The notes under the pieces were generated by a model, which had not been told where the DNA came from, made no database searches, and saw nothing but the letters and a program-made list of their open reading frames with translations. This document shows, one piece after another, positions 1-9,625 of a stretch of DNA of 64,000 nt. Numbering within the stretch: the first letter of the stretch is position 1; each line of letters begins with the position of its first letter. The translations under genes were made by a program, and so were the position numbers. The stretch comes from Candidatus Latescibacterota bacterium. GTDB taxonomy: Bacteria > Latescibacterota > UBA2968 > UBA8231. The stretch is from positions 4,800,001-4,864,000 of the forward strand of contig OZ242005.1 of NCBI GenBank assembly GCA_965204725.1, read 5' to 3'.

Positions 1-183
1 GTCCGTACCGCCGATCAGGCGCTTGATGCTGACCACGCCGATCTTGAGATAAAAATCTTTGCCCTTTACGGACTTGCAGAATGCTACGATGGCGGGCCGG
101 TCGGTTTGGGCTTCGGCGACCACCGGGACGATGGTCCCAACAACGAGCCAAGCAATCAACAGCATGGGCTTTAATGCTTTCAC
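1..183 (-). CDS. Secreted hypothetical protein, N-terminal part (runs off window)
   Basis: GTG at 183 with AAGGAG at 191-196. Reads MKALKPMLLIAWLVVGTIVPVVAEAQTDRP..., a signal peptide with an AEA cleavage site. No stop before position 1. Confidence 0.7.
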   Translation of the reverse strand, partial: MKALKPMLLIAWLVVGTIVPVVAEAQTDRPAIVAFCKSVKGKDFYLKIGVVSIKRLIGGTD

Positions 184-250
184 GTTCTATCTCCTTATGA
201 GTGATGAGTGTGCCGCTTTCTCGCGGCGGTTCGTACGACAAGGGGCTTGA

Positions 251-1162
251 TCAATGCGCGTACCCGTCGGGATTGTCCCGACGCCAATTGGGCTGGTAGC
301 CTTCCTCAGCGTCAAAACCATAGGATGGCCCGATCTGGTTTTCGGTTTGCCAAGGCCAACCTTGGCCGCCGATAACGCGGAACTGGTCGCCCTTGCCGCA
401 GAGCCAATAAAATATATGGGCGTAGTAGCGCGCCGTGCCGTGCCCGCCGTAATACGCGCTCTGAAAGTCGAAGTCCTCCTCGACGATCCAGTTGCGCGCT
501 GGCGGCGTGGTGCGCCAGTAATTGTACTTGAGCATCCGGCGGAGGCCCTGAGCGGTCGATAGGCCGCGGCGGTGGAGGATGCTCTGGTGATGAATCCCAA
601 TGGTGCCGGCCGGGCCGTCGCAAAACACGCCCCCTTCTTCTCGGTCGCGGCGAGCAGGTTGAATATGCGAGCCGGGCACCAGCTCGGTCGGCCCCAACTC
701 TAGGGGCGTGTCTTGGGGAAAGTAGAAGACCTCCAAAAAGCGAAGCTCAGGGCCGAAGACGTGGTCGGCATCTTGGTGCCAGCCTTGGGCTTCCGCCGGG
801 CAATCAACCCGGTGGTGGCTGGCTAGGACCGGCAGGCCGACGTTGGGGCCTAAGAGCGAGCGCATGGCCCCGGCTAACTCGGGGTTGAGCAGGACGTGTT
901 CGACGAACCAGTCCTCCAAGAAAATGGAACTCGGCTCGTGGGTAAAACGGATGCGAGCGAGGTCGGCCTCGGTCAGGCCGGTGGGGATGTAGCTCGGATT
1001 GGCCGGAATATCGCCGTCGAGCCAAGCGCAGGTGCGCTGGTTGATCGCGGCGGGCACGACGCCCTTGAGCAAGAGATGGCCCTCGCGGCAGAATGCAAGG
1101 ACTTGCGAATCGGTGAGCGTCGGCTCGCAGTCAAAGGTGCGTTGGCATGGGTCGTAGTGCAT
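251..1162 (-). CDS. Phytanoyl-CoA dioxygenase (PhyH) family Fe(II)/2OG enzyme
   Basis: LTDSQVLAFCREGHLLLKGV N-terminus, WHQD (HxD), GPTELVPGSH, distal LHR His. ATG 1162 follows GGAGG. Confidence 0.85.
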   Translation of the reverse strand: MHYDPCQRTFDCEPTLTDSQVLAFCREGHLLLKGVVPAAINQRTCAWLDGDIPANPSYIPTGLTEADLARIRFTHEPSSIFLEDWFVEHVLLNPELAGAMRSLLGPNVGLPVLASHHRVDCPAEAQGWHQDADHVFGPELRFLEVFYFPQDTPLELGPTELVPGSHIQPARRDREEGGVFCDGPAGTIGIHHQSILHRRGLSTAQGLRRMLKYNYWRTTPPARNWIVEEDFDFQSAYYGGHGTARYYAHIFYWLCGKGDQFRVIGGQGWPWQTENQIGPSYGFDAEEGYQPNWRRDNPDGYAH

Positions 1163-1322
1163 GGTCCCCTCCGGCGATAAGCGGTCTGTTGACACGTATG
1201 CGCTAGTGCCTAAAAACTAGCCAAATTCCGTCCGTCCTGTCCATCCCTTCCACTAGGTCGTACGCGCCATAAATGGTTATACTCTTGCTCCTAAGAAGCG
1301 ACTAGGGTCTAAACGACCCCGG

Positions 1323-1376
1323 CTGGATTCCCGCCCCGTGTCGGGGCACGGGGTGACGTTCTTGCGCGGGAATGAC
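1323..1376. repeat. REP-like nested palindrome, family A, copy 1
   Basis: CTGGATTCCCGCCCCGTGTCGGGGCACGGGGTGACGTTCTTGCGCGGGAATGAC. 52/54 identical to the reverse complement of 39666-39719. Confidence 0.85.
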
Positions 1377-1468
1377 GGAACCCGTCTTTACGGATTGTTC
1401 AACACGACCCAAGATGGGTTTTCAGACCGCTCCTAAGTACGCGTCGGCAAAATCAAACGGAGCACATC

Positions 1469-3658
1469 GTGGCGGAAGCAGAGAGAAAAATAGTCAGCGG
1501 CGGGTTGCACATCGCCCAGCGGCTCTACGCCCTCGTCGCCGAACAAATTGCGCCCGGGACGGGCGTGGCAGTCGAGCACTTTTGGGCGGCACTGGGGCAG
1601 ATTGTACAGGACTTGGGGCCGAAGAATCAACAGCTACTTCAACGCCGGGACGACTTGCAGGCCCAGATCGATGCCTATCACCAAAAGCGGCGCGGCGAGC
1701 CGTTGGACCCCAAGGGCTACCGGGCCTTCCTCGAAGCGATTGGATACTTGCTGCCGACGGGCGGCGCGCATCGAATCCGCACGGAAAACATCGACCCAGA
1801 GATCGCCTCCCTAGCCGGCCCCCAGCTAGTGGTCCCGGTTGACAATGCGCGCTACGCGCTCAACGCGGCGAATGCGCGCTGGGGCAGCTTGTACGCCGCC
1901 CTGTACGGCACGGATGTAATTGAGGGCCGCGTACCGACGGGCGAGTACCAAGCCGAGCGCGGTGCCCAAGTCATCGCACGGAGCGAGGCGTTTCTCGACG
2001 CGGTCGTCGGCCTCCAACAGGGTGCGTACCGGGAGGTCGTCGAGTTTTTCTTGCGCGAGGCGGGCGGCCGGCAAACCTTGGGCGTCCGCCTCGCAAGCGG
2101 CGCAGAGGTCGGCCTCAAAGACGCCGGGCAGTTCGTCGGCTATGAATGCGAAGGAGATCGGCTGAGCAGTGTCTTGCTCCGCCACAATGGGTTGCACATC
2201 GAGATCCAAATCAACCGCACCCACCCCATTGGGCGCACCCACCGCGCGGGCGTCAAAGACGTGCTCTTAGAAGCGGCCCTTACCACGATCCAAGATTGCG
2301 AGGATTCCGTGGCCACGGTCGATGCCGAGGACAAGGTTCTCGTCTATGGCAACTGGAACGGCCTGATGCAGGGTACGCTAGAGGCAACCTTTGTCAAGGA
2401 CGGGCAAACCCTAACGCGCCGCCTGCGTCCCGACCGCACCTTTATCGCCCCCAACGACCACCCCTTGACGCTGCCCGGGCGCAGCTTGTTGCTGGTGCGC
2501 CCCGTCGGCCTCCACATATACACCGATGCGGCTACCACAGCCGACGGCGCGGAAATTCCCGAGGGCTTTCTCGACGCCATGGTCCTTAGCTTAGCGGCGA
2601 TCCACGACCTCAAGGGCCGGGGCCGCTACCGCAACAGCAAGACCGGCAGCGTCTATATGGTGAAGCCCAAGCTACACGGGCCGGACGAGGTGACCGCGAC
2701 CGTCGAGCTGTTCGCCCGAGTGGAGGAGGCCCTAGGGCTGAGTAAAAACACCCTGAAAATCGGCATTATGGACGAGGAACGCCGCACCACGGTCAATCTC
2801 AGCGAGTGCATCCGCTGCGCGGCCGAGCGCGTCGCCTTCATCAACACCGGCTTTCTCGACCGGACGGGGGACGAAATCCACACCAGCATGGAGCTGGGGC
2901 CTATGTTGCCCAAGGCGGAAATCAGAGAGCAGCGTTGGCTCCAAGCCTATGAGGACTGGAATGTGGACGTCGGCATCGCAACTGGCTTGGTGGGAAGGGC
3001 GCAGATCGGCAAGGGGATGTGGACGATGCCCGAGCGGATGCGCGCGATGGTAGAAACCAAGATAGGCCATCCCCAAGCTGGGGCGACGACCGCTTGGGTG
3101 CCGTCGCCCACAGCGGCGACCCTCCACGCGCTGCACTACCACCAAGTCGATGTTTTCGAGACCCTCGGCCATCTAGCTGGGCGAGCGCCGGCTTCGCTCG
3201 ACGCGATTCTCAGCCCGCCGGTGCTCAATCGCCCGCTCAGCCCCGCAGAAATTCAGCAGGAGCTAGACAACAACGCCCAAGGGATTTTGGGCTACGTAGT
3301 GCGCTGGGTAGGCCAAGGCATTGGCTGCTCCAAGGTGCCGGACATCAACCACATCGGCCTAATGGAAGACCGCGCCACCTTGCGGATTTCCAGCCAGCAC
3401 CTAGCCAACTGGCTACACCACAAAATCGCCAGCGCGGAGCAGGTGCGGGCGACCTTTGCGCGCATGGCCGCCGTGGTCGATTCGCAAAACAGCGGCGACC
3501 CGGGGTATTGCCCCATGGCCCCCGACCTCGACGCCAGCGTCGAATTCCAAGCGGCACTGGACCTAGTGTTCAACGGCTGCACCGCACCGAATGGCTATAC
3601 GGAAGGCGTGTTGCACAAGCGACGCCGAGCGGTGAAGGCCGCCCGACGAATCGCCTAG
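1469..3658 (+). CDS. glcB: Malate synthase G
   Basis: [81 protein letters not shown]; 729 aa. Confidence 0.97.
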   Translation: MAEAERKIVSGGLHIAQRLYALVAEQIAPGTGVAVEHFWAALGQIVQDLGPKNQQLLQRRDDLQAQIDAYHQKRRGEPLDPKGYRAFLEAIGYLLPTGGAHRIRTENIDPEIASLAGPQLVVPVDNARYALNAANARWGSLYAALYGTDVIEGRVPTGEYQAERGAQVIARSEAFLDAVVGLQQGAYREVVEFFLREAGGRQTLGVRLASGAEVGLKDAGQFVGYECEGDRLSSVLLRHNGLHIEIQINRTHPIGRTHRAGVKDVLLEAALTTIQDCEDSVATVDAEDKVLVYGNWNGLMQGTLEATFVKDGQTLTRRLRPDRTFIAPNDHPLTLPGRSLLLVRPVGLHIYTDAATTADGAEIPEGFLDAMVLSLAAIHDLKGRGRYRNSKTGSVYMVKPKLHGPDEVTATVELFARVEEALGLSKNTLKIGIMDEERRTTVNLSECIRCAAERVAFINTGFLDRTGDEIHTSMELGPMLPKAEIREQRWLQAYEDWNVDVGIATGLVGRAQIGKGMWTMPERMRAMVETKIGHPQAGATTAWVPSPTAATLHALHYHQVDVFETLGHLAGRAPASLDAILSPPVLNRPLSPAEIQQELDNNAQGILGYVVRWVGQGIGCSKVPDINHIGLMEDRATLRISSQHLANWLHHKIASAEQVRATFARMAAVVDSQNSGDPGYCPMAPDLDASVEFQAALDLVFNGCTAPNGYTEGVLHKRRRAVKAARRIA

Positions 3659-3686
3659 AACCATCCAAACCCAAGGAGATCTCATA

Positions 3687-4442
3687 ATGGAATCCCAGAC
3701 AAAAGTCGCCCTCGTCACGGGTGCTGGCAGCGGCATCGGCCGCCATAGTGCCCTAGCGTTGGCCGAGGCCGGCTATGCGGTGGCCCTAGCCGGCCGGCGT
3801 CGAGACGCCTTAGAGGAGACCGCGGCCATGGCGGGAACGGATGCCCGTATATTGCCGGTGCCCACGGACGTCGGCGATCCCCAAGCCGTCACCGCGCTGT
3901 TTGCCCAAGTCGCCGAGCACTTTGGCCGGCTCGATGTGTTGTTCAACAACGCCGGGGCCGGCGCACCGGCCGTGCTGTTGGAAGACCTCGAATACGAACA
4001 GTGGCAGCAGGTCGTCGCCGTCAACCTGACCGGCCCCTTCCTCTGCACCCAAGCGGCCTTCCGAATGATGAAAGACCAAACGCCGCGCGGTGGGCGGATC
4101 ATCAACAACGGCTCGGTCTCGGCCTCGGCCCCACGCCCCAACTCCGCCCCCTATACCGCCACCAAACACGCCATTACTGGACTGACCAAATCAACCTCGC
4201 TCGACGGGCGCAAATACGACATTGCCTGCGGTCAGATCGACATTGGCAACACGGCGACCAACATGACGCAGCGGATGAACGACGGCGTACCGCAGGCCGA
4301 TGGCTCCAAGCTGGTCGAGCCGCGCTTTGACGTGGAGCACGTGGCCCGCGCCGTAGTGCAGATGGCCGAGCTGCCGCTGGACACCAACGTACTGTTTATG
4401 ACCATCATGGCGACGAAAATGCCGTTTGTCGGGCGAGGTTAG
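3687..4442 (+). CDS. SDR family oxidoreductase
   Basis: [17 protein letters not shown] catalytic motif; AAGGAG RBS. Confidence 0.93.
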   Translation: MESQTKVALVTGAGSGIGRHSALALAEAGYAVALAGRRRDALEETAAMAGTDARILPVPTDVGDPQAVTALFAQVAEHFGRLDVLFNNAGAGAPAVLLEDLEYEQWQQVVAVNLTGPFLCTQAAFRMMKDQTPRGGRIINNGSVSASAPRPNSAPYTATKHAITGLTKSTSLDGRKYDIACGQIDIGNTATNMTQRMNDGVPQADGSKLVEPRFDVEHVARAVVQMAELPLDTNVLFMTIMATKMPFVGRG

Positions 4443-4450
4443 AAACCACC

Positions 4451-5185
4451 ATGACCACTGCCGACGCCAAAGCCCATCTCGACGAATACGGGTACGCCGT
4501 GCTCAAAGGGGCGTTGACTGCGGATCAGGCCAACGCCTTGCGAGCCCGCTCGGCTGAGCTGATCGCCGCGGAGCGAGCCGCCGGAGGCGAGCATCTCTAT
4601 CTCGACGACCACGCCCAGCGAGTGTGGAACCTAGTCAACAAGGGGCGGATTTACGAAGAAATGATCCAGCTACCGCAAGTACTCGCGCTCCAAGAGTACC
4701 TGCTAGGCGACAACTGCATCTTGAGCAGCTTCACCGTCAATCTCATCGGCCCGGGCGCGCCGGCCGGCCGCCTGCACCTCGACTTTCCGCTGGGCAGCTT
4801 TCCCCAGCCGCCGCCCTCCATCGCCCTCTGCGCCAATACCATCTACGTACTCGACGACTTCGCGCCTGAAAACGGTGCCACCCAGATCGTGCCGGGTAGC
4901 TACAAGCGCGGGTGTCCGCCCGACCCGGAAAAAGAATACGACGACATCATCCAGCTAGACGCCCAAAAGGGCGATATCGTCGTCTTTCACGGCGCGACTT
5001 GGCACGGCAGCGGTGCCAATCACACCGAGCAAGAGCGGATGATTCTGTTGGGATTTTTCTGCCGCTCGTTTATGAAGCCGCAGCAAGACCAGTTCAAACT
5101 GGCGCGCCCCGAAGTCGTCTCCCGGGCGACGCCAACCCTCAAGCGATTGCTGGGCTTTGAAGCGCAGTCGGGGATGCGGACGTAG
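4451..5185 (+). CDS. PhyH family Fe(II)/2OG dioxygenase
   Basis: LHLD (HxD), LDDFAPENGATQIVPGS, TWHGSGAN. Confidence 0.9.
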   Translation: MTTADAKAHLDEYGYAVLKGALTADQANALRARSAELIAAERAAGGEHLYLDDHAQRVWNLVNKGRIYEEMIQLPQVLALQEYLLGDNCILSSFTVNLIGPGAPAGRLHLDFPLGSFPQPPPSIALCANTIYVLDDFAPENGATQIVPGSYKRGCPPDPEKEYDDIIQLDAQKGDIVVFHGATWHGSGANHTEQERMILLGFFCRSFMKPQQDQFKLARPEVVSRATPTLKRLLGFEAQSGMRT

Positions 5186-5245
5186 TGCCCTAAGTACCCG
5201 ACACTTGCTTTAAGTACGCATTTTCTGGTGTTGCCGATGAATCTG

Positions 5246-5280
5246 GGATCGAGGGCAAGATGCCCTCGATCCTTGGAAGG
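5246..5280. repeat. REP-like palindrome, family B, copy 1
   Basis: GGATCGAGGGCA-AGA-TGCCCTCGATCC hairpin plus TTGGAAGG. Its reverse complement recurs at 6903-6933. Confidence 0.8.
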
Positions 5281-5340
5281 GTATGAATTGGTGTTCGCAG
5301 CTTTTGGGCCGCGACGCTGACACTTCATCAAGGGAAAACC

Positions 5341-5736
5341 ATGTCTATTGACCAGCTAAACCACTACCAGCGCAAGCTCGCCTATGAAATGGATTCGTGG
5401 GATTTGTACGTGGCGTTGGGCGAGAACGAACCCATCATCGTCGTCGATGGCCGTTCCGCCGAGGCTTATGCCCAAGAGCACATTCCGGGCGCACTCAACC
5501 TGCCTCACCGGGCGATCTGCTTCAACTCCACTGCGTCGCTCGACAAATCGCAGCTCTATGTCTGCTACTGCGATGGCATCGGCTGCAACGCCTCGACAAA
5601 GACGGCGCTGAAACTGTTGACGCTGGGCTTTCAGGTGCGCGAACTAATCGGCGGGCTCGACTGGTGGAAGCGCGACGGCTACGCTACCGCTGGCGACGCG
5701 GCGCAGCCCGGAACCGAGGTCCAATGCGGATGCTGA
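5341..5736 (+). CDS. Rhodanese-like domain protein
   Basis: VVDGRSAEAYAQEHIPGALNLP, YCDGIGCNAST, ELIGGLDWW. Confidence 0.9.
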   Translation: MSIDQLNHYQRKLAYEMDSWDLYVALGENEPIIVVDGRSAEAYAQEHIPGALNLPHRAICFNSTASLDKSQLYVCYCDGIGCNASTKTALKLLTLGFQVRELIGGLDWWKRDGYATAGDAAQPGTEVQCGC

Positions 5737-5769
5737 ACTGGGCCTGACGGCAGGCGCTAGCTGCATGGC

Positions 5770-5807
5770 AAAAGAAAACCCCAAGTCAGCGTAACCGACT
5801 TGGGGTT
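5770..5807 (-). terminator. Intrinsic terminator downstream of tRNA-Glu
   Basis: AACCCCAAGTC/GACTTGGGGTT stem followed by a U-rich tract on the minus strand. Confidence 0.8.
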
Positions 5808-5813
5808 GATGAT

Positions 5814-5889
5814 TGGTAGCCCGTACGGGATTCGAACCCGTGTTACCGGCGTGAGAGGCCGGCGTCCTAGGCCTCTAGACGAACGGGCC
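5814..5889 (-). tRNA. tRNA-Glu (anticodon CTC)
   Basis: 76 nt, GGCCCGT...ACGGGCT acceptor stem, anticodon loop CTCTCAC, T-loop GGTTCGAATCC, encoded CCA end. Confidence 0.97.
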
Positions 5890-5923
5890 AAAGTTCGTTT
5901 CGTTCTTGACCTGACAGGTTCAA

Positions 5924-5952
5924 AAAATAGAATTCCCAAATTGTATTGTCAA
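5924..5952 (-). promoter_or_regulatory. Sigma70-like promoter for tRNA-Glu
   Basis: TTGACA-17 nt-TATTTT on the minus strand, about 35 nt upstream of the tRNA. Confidence 0.7.
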
Positions 5953-5970
5953 GGTGCTGCGGCCGGCCGT

Positions 5971-5999
5971 TTGACAGCCGCGGACCGGCGTGGTACTGT
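5971..5999 (+). promoter_or_regulatory. Divergent sigma70-like promoter for the PhyH gene
   Basis: TTGACA-17 nt-TACTGT, with TG upstream of the -10 box. Confidence 0.55.
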
Positions 6000-6049
6000 T
6001 GCCCTGCACGAGGAGCAGGCCCGATGATCGTCGCAACAAGGAGCAACCC

Positions 6050-6874
6050 GTGAACGAAATCGAAACCTTTGAATTCGACCGCCAAGGCTACATCGTCATT
6101 GAGAGCCTGCTGAACGAGACCCAAGTCGCCGCGCTGGCCGAGGCCGTTGATGAGCTGGAAGAACACGCGCTCGCGCACGTCACCCAGCCGCCGCGCAAGC
6201 AAAGTGGCTGGGGGGCTGATTACCACGCCAATCCCGAGCGCGGCTATCACGCCAACGGCGAGCGGGCCGAGGGCAAGACCCTCATCATTGAAGATTACTG
6301 GAACGCCAACCCGGCCTTTGACGTTTTGCTCGACCACCAGCCGACGATGAACTACATCCGCGGCATCGTCAAACAGCGGCCGACGATCAACAACTCCGAA
6401 ATCCGCATCCGCTACCGCGGCAACGCCACCGGCTGCCACGGCGGCACCGTCTCGGCCAGCCAAAAGTACCGCTATAGCTACACCGAGCACGGCATTGACT
6501 GCATGATGGTGCGAATGGTCTATTTCATTCACGATTGCACCAACGAGCAGGGGGCTTTTTGCGTGGTGCCGGGAACGCACAAGACCAATCTGCCCTCGCC
6601 CCACAGCAACGACCCAGACGAAGACCCAGACATGATCGGCCTAGCGGTCAAGGCCGGGGACGCGATTCTCTTCACCGAGAATTTGCGCCACGGCGGGTTC
6701 ACCAACCGCTCTGAGCAGACGCGCAAGACCCTGCACGTGGGCTACGGGCCGCATTGGATGATGTCGCAAAACATCGCCACCATGGACGAAAAGCAACACC
6801 TCACCCCAGCGACATTCGCCCGCCTCACAGAAGCGCAGCGGGATTTGTTCCGCGCCTATCCACCCCAGCACTAA
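6050..6874 (+). CDS. PhyH-fold Fe(II)/2OG enzyme with HxG motif
   Basis: GTG 6050 after AAGGAG. FDRQGYIVIE, CHGG where HxD is expected, GAFCVVPGTHK, LRHGG, RKTL. Confidence 0.85.
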   Translation: MNEIETFEFDRQGYIVIESLLNETQVAALAEAVDELEEHALAHVTQPPRKQSGWGADYHANPERGYHANGERAEGKTLIIEDYWNANPAFDVLLDHQPTMNYIRGIVKQRPTINNSEIRIRYRGNATGCHGGTVSASQKYRYSYTEHGIDCMMVRMVYFIHDCTNEQGAFCVVPGTHKTNLPSPHSNDPDEDPDMIGLAVKAGDAILFTENLRHGGFTNRSEQTRKTLHVGYGPHWMMSQNIATMDEKQHLTPATFARLTEAQRDLFRAYPPQH

Positions 6875-7010
6875 GTCGGAAATTCTTCGTAGTAGCGGCC
6901 AACCTTCCAAGGATCGAGGGCATCTTGCCCTCGTCGAGGGCGGGACGCCCTCGATCCCGGAGGCAACGTAAGTGTCGCGTATTTAGGTCGGAAATTCTTC
7001 GTAGTAGCGG
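6875..7010. repeat. 24-bp direct repeat flanking a family B REP doublet
   Basis: GTCGGAAATTCTTCGTAGTAGCGG at 6875-6898 and 6987-7010. REP palindromes lie at 6903-6957. Confidence 0.85.
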
Positions 7011-9538
7011 TCAAAGGCCGCGGGCGTGCCGCAGACGTAGAGCGCGTCCTCGGGCTCGAGAACCAGCGAAGCCGGAATCTCCATAATCACATCGCCAGCC
7101 CGCTCGACAGCCACCACCGAGCAGCCCGTGCGCTCGCGGATCCGCGCGGCGAGCGGGTGACGCCCGGCGAGCGGACCCGGCTTGAGCTTGACCATCTTGA
7201 TCCGAGGCTTGTGCGAAACCGTCTCGCCGAGGACGTGGTGAACGAGCAACTGGCCGGCGACTTGGCTGACCGAGAGCGCGAAATCAGCGCCGGCGCGCTG
7301 CACCCGGTCTGAGTTTTCAACGTGGGACACGCAGGCCAACAGGGGAATTTCTGGGACGTGATCGCGGACCACGGCCGCGGCGAACAGGGCGGCCCCGTCG
7401 CTGTCGAGGGCGAGGATGACGACCCGGGCCTCCGCAATGGCGGCGCGGTCTAAGACGCGCACATCGAGCACATCGCCGACCACATCGACTCCAGCGCTTG
7501 CAACCGCATCGACGACCCGCACATCCTCGCCGGCCGCACGGAGGATCTCGACCAGCTTCTGCCCGACATCCCCAAAGCCAATCACCGCAATCGGCCCTTG
7601 CTGGGTAATTGGCCGGGCCATGTCGTTTAACCTGTGAAGGCTCGCGGGCGTACCGACAGCCACCAAAATGGCTCCGGGCTGGAGCTTTTCCGCTGCAGCC
7701 GGCGGCGACCCGAGCGCGTCGTCCGCCCACTGCCCGACGATGTGGGCCCCAGTCCGGGTGTAGAGCTCGGCCTCGGCCAAGGTGCGGTTGGCGAGCGGGC
7801 TTTGGTCGTGAACGCGCAGCTCGGCGACTTCGAGGAACGAGTCGAGCGACTCTACGCCCGCTACGCGCGGCCCGATCTTCGCACTGGCGCGGACGGCAAT
7901 CGCCGCGGCGAGGACGTGATTGGGGGTAAAGGCCACGGTTGCGCCCGCCAGCAACATGGGGCCGCGGCGCTGGGGGTGCTCGATCATCGCCACGATGGGA
8001 CCGGCAAAGCCGGCCTCGCGGGCACTGATCGTAAACAGGGCGTTGTCGTCGTCCGAACCGTTGGCTACCAGCACCTTGGCCTTGGTCAACGGCTGCAAGT
8101 CCAGCGTATCCAGCGCGAGATGGGCATGTACGACCTGTACATCAGCACTGGTCTGAAGCTGCCGCGCGGTCGCCTCGTCCTCTTCGATCACCACCAGCGG
8201 CAGGTGCCGGCTGGAAAGCTCTTCGATTAGGGTCTCGACCTCTGGCCCGTACTTGTAGATGACCACGGCGTCTTCCACTGTGGGCAAGGCGCCTTCGGCT
8301 GGATTTTCGTCAAAGAGCGGGGTATGGAACTTGTCGATTTGAAATACCCCGAGGTGGGTGTCGCCCCCATGCGCCACCCGGCCTTCTAGGAGGACGGCGC
8401 AGCCCTTGAGCGCCAGCGGCGTGAAGAGATTTAACAGGAATGCGGTGAAGATCAAAATGCTAAAGGTCTCCTGACCGATGACCCCTTGTGCCAAGGCCAG
8501 CGCGGCCAAGATAAACGCCATCTCGGCGCGGCCGCACATGCCCACGCCCACCGTCAGCGCCTCGCGCCAAGGTATGCCGAGGCGCAACGCCATGCCACCG
8601 GCACTAAGCACTTGCCCGGCGATGACCGTCACGGCCAGCAACGCGATAAACGCCACGCTCGACGCGCTAATGTCAAACGAAATGGAAAAGCCCAGCGAGA
8701 TGAAGAAGATCGGCCCGAGGAACGAATAGGCAATGCCGTACGCGCGGTCATTGACCACCTTGACTAAGTTGGGGTGGGCGACGCGCTCTTCAAAGAACAG
8801 ACCCGCCAAGTAGGCACCCAAAATCATGTGCAGCCCAATGGCCTCGGCAAAAAGACCGGCGGCAATGGCAGCCAGCAGCACAAAAGTGAACCCCTTGCCG
8901 CCTTCGGCGCGGAAGGGCAGCGTGAGGCGGGGATAGACAAAGGTGCCCAATATCAGCGCGACCGCGAAGAAACCCACCACTTTGCCCAAGTTGACGGCCA
9001 AGTCCAACGGAGCAAAGGCCCCACCGGAAAGCGCGCCGATCACGAGGCTAAAAAAGATCAAGGTCAAAAGGTCGTTGATGATGCAACTGGCGATGATGAT
9101 TCGCGCAATGCGCGTATCAGTCAACCCCAAGTCCTTGAGGCTTTTTAGGGTAATTACAACGGCGGTCGCGGTGCCGATGATCAGCCCCACGAAGACCGAG
9201 GCGACCAGCTCCAGCCCGAAGAGTTGGGCGACGGCAAAACTGACGGCAAAGGGCACGGCCGCCCCGGCTATCGCCACCCCCAGCGAGCGCTTGAGCGCGG
9301 CGAAAAACTCGTTGGGCTGGGTCTCCACCCCGGCGTGGAACATCAGAAAGAAGATGCCGATCTCGGCCAACAACTGGATGGCCTCGTCCGGCTCGATCCA
9401 GCCGAACACGGCCGGCCCGACCAAGACCCCGACGATCAATTCGCCCATCACGGTCGGCAGGCCCAGCGGCCGCAAGGTCACGGCGACCAGCCAAATCCCG
9501 GCGAGCAAGATGAGTAAGTCGAGTGCTACATCGTGCAT
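6983..9538 (-). CDS. Cation:proton antiporter (CPA2-like) fused to tandem TrkA-N/TrkA-C (RCK) domains
   Basis: About 380 aa multi-TM region (GELIVGVLVGP, LAEIGIFFLMFHAGVE, GMCGRAE), then two Rossmann/TrkA-C pairs (IGFGDVGQ, IRERTGCSVVAVER). Confidence 0.88.
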   Translation of the reverse strand: MHDVALDLLILLAGIWLVAVTLRPLGLPTVMGELIVGVLVGPAVFGWIEPDEAIQLLAEIGIFFLMFHAGVETQPNEFFAALKRSLGVAIAGAAVPFAVSFAVAQLFGLELVASVFVGLIIGTATAVVITLKSLKDLGLTDTRIARIIIASCIINDLLTLIFFSLVIGALSGGAFAPLDLAVNLGKVVGFFAVALILGTFVYPRLTLPFRAEGGKGFTFVLLAAIAAGLFAEAIGLHMILGAYLAGLFFEERVAHPNLVKVVNDRAYGIAYSFLGPIFFISLGFSISFDISASSVAFIALLAVTVIAGQVLSAGGMALRLGIPWREALTVGVGMCGRAEMAFILAALALAQGVIGQETFSILIFTAFLLNLFTPLALKGCAVLLEGRVAHGGDTHLGVFQIDKFHTPLFDENPAEGALPTVEDAVVIYKYGPEVETLIEELSSRHLPLVVIEEDEATARQLQTSADVQVVHAHLALDTLDLQPLTKAKVLVANGSDDDNALFTISAREAGFAGPIVAMIEHPQRRGPMLLAGATVAFTPNHVLAAAIAVRASAKIGPRVAGVESLDSFLEVAELRVHDQSPLANRTLAEAELYTRTGAHIVGQWADDALGSPPAAAEKLQPGAILVAVGTPASLHRLNDMARPITQQGPIAVIGFGDVGQKLVEILRAAGEDVRVVDAVASAGVDVVGDVLDVRVLDRAAIAEARVVILALDSDGAALFAAAVVRDHVPEIPLLACVSHVENSDRVQRAGADFALSVSQVAGQLLVHHVLGETVSHKPRIKMVKLKPGPLAGRHPLAARIRERTGCSVVAVERAGDVIMEIPASLVLEPEDALYVCGTPAAFDRYYEEFPT

Positions 9539-9625
9539 GAGCGAAGCCTCTGCGCGTTGACGGCCTTTATGCGATTGATAATAAAGGCATTATAAAAAAA
9601 GAAGGCGGCGGCGGGCAACCTCGGG

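Noticed and set aside
5814-5889. tRNA-Glu as island integration site
   Set aside because: There is no adjacent integrase, and I saw no duplicated tRNA 3' end in the window.
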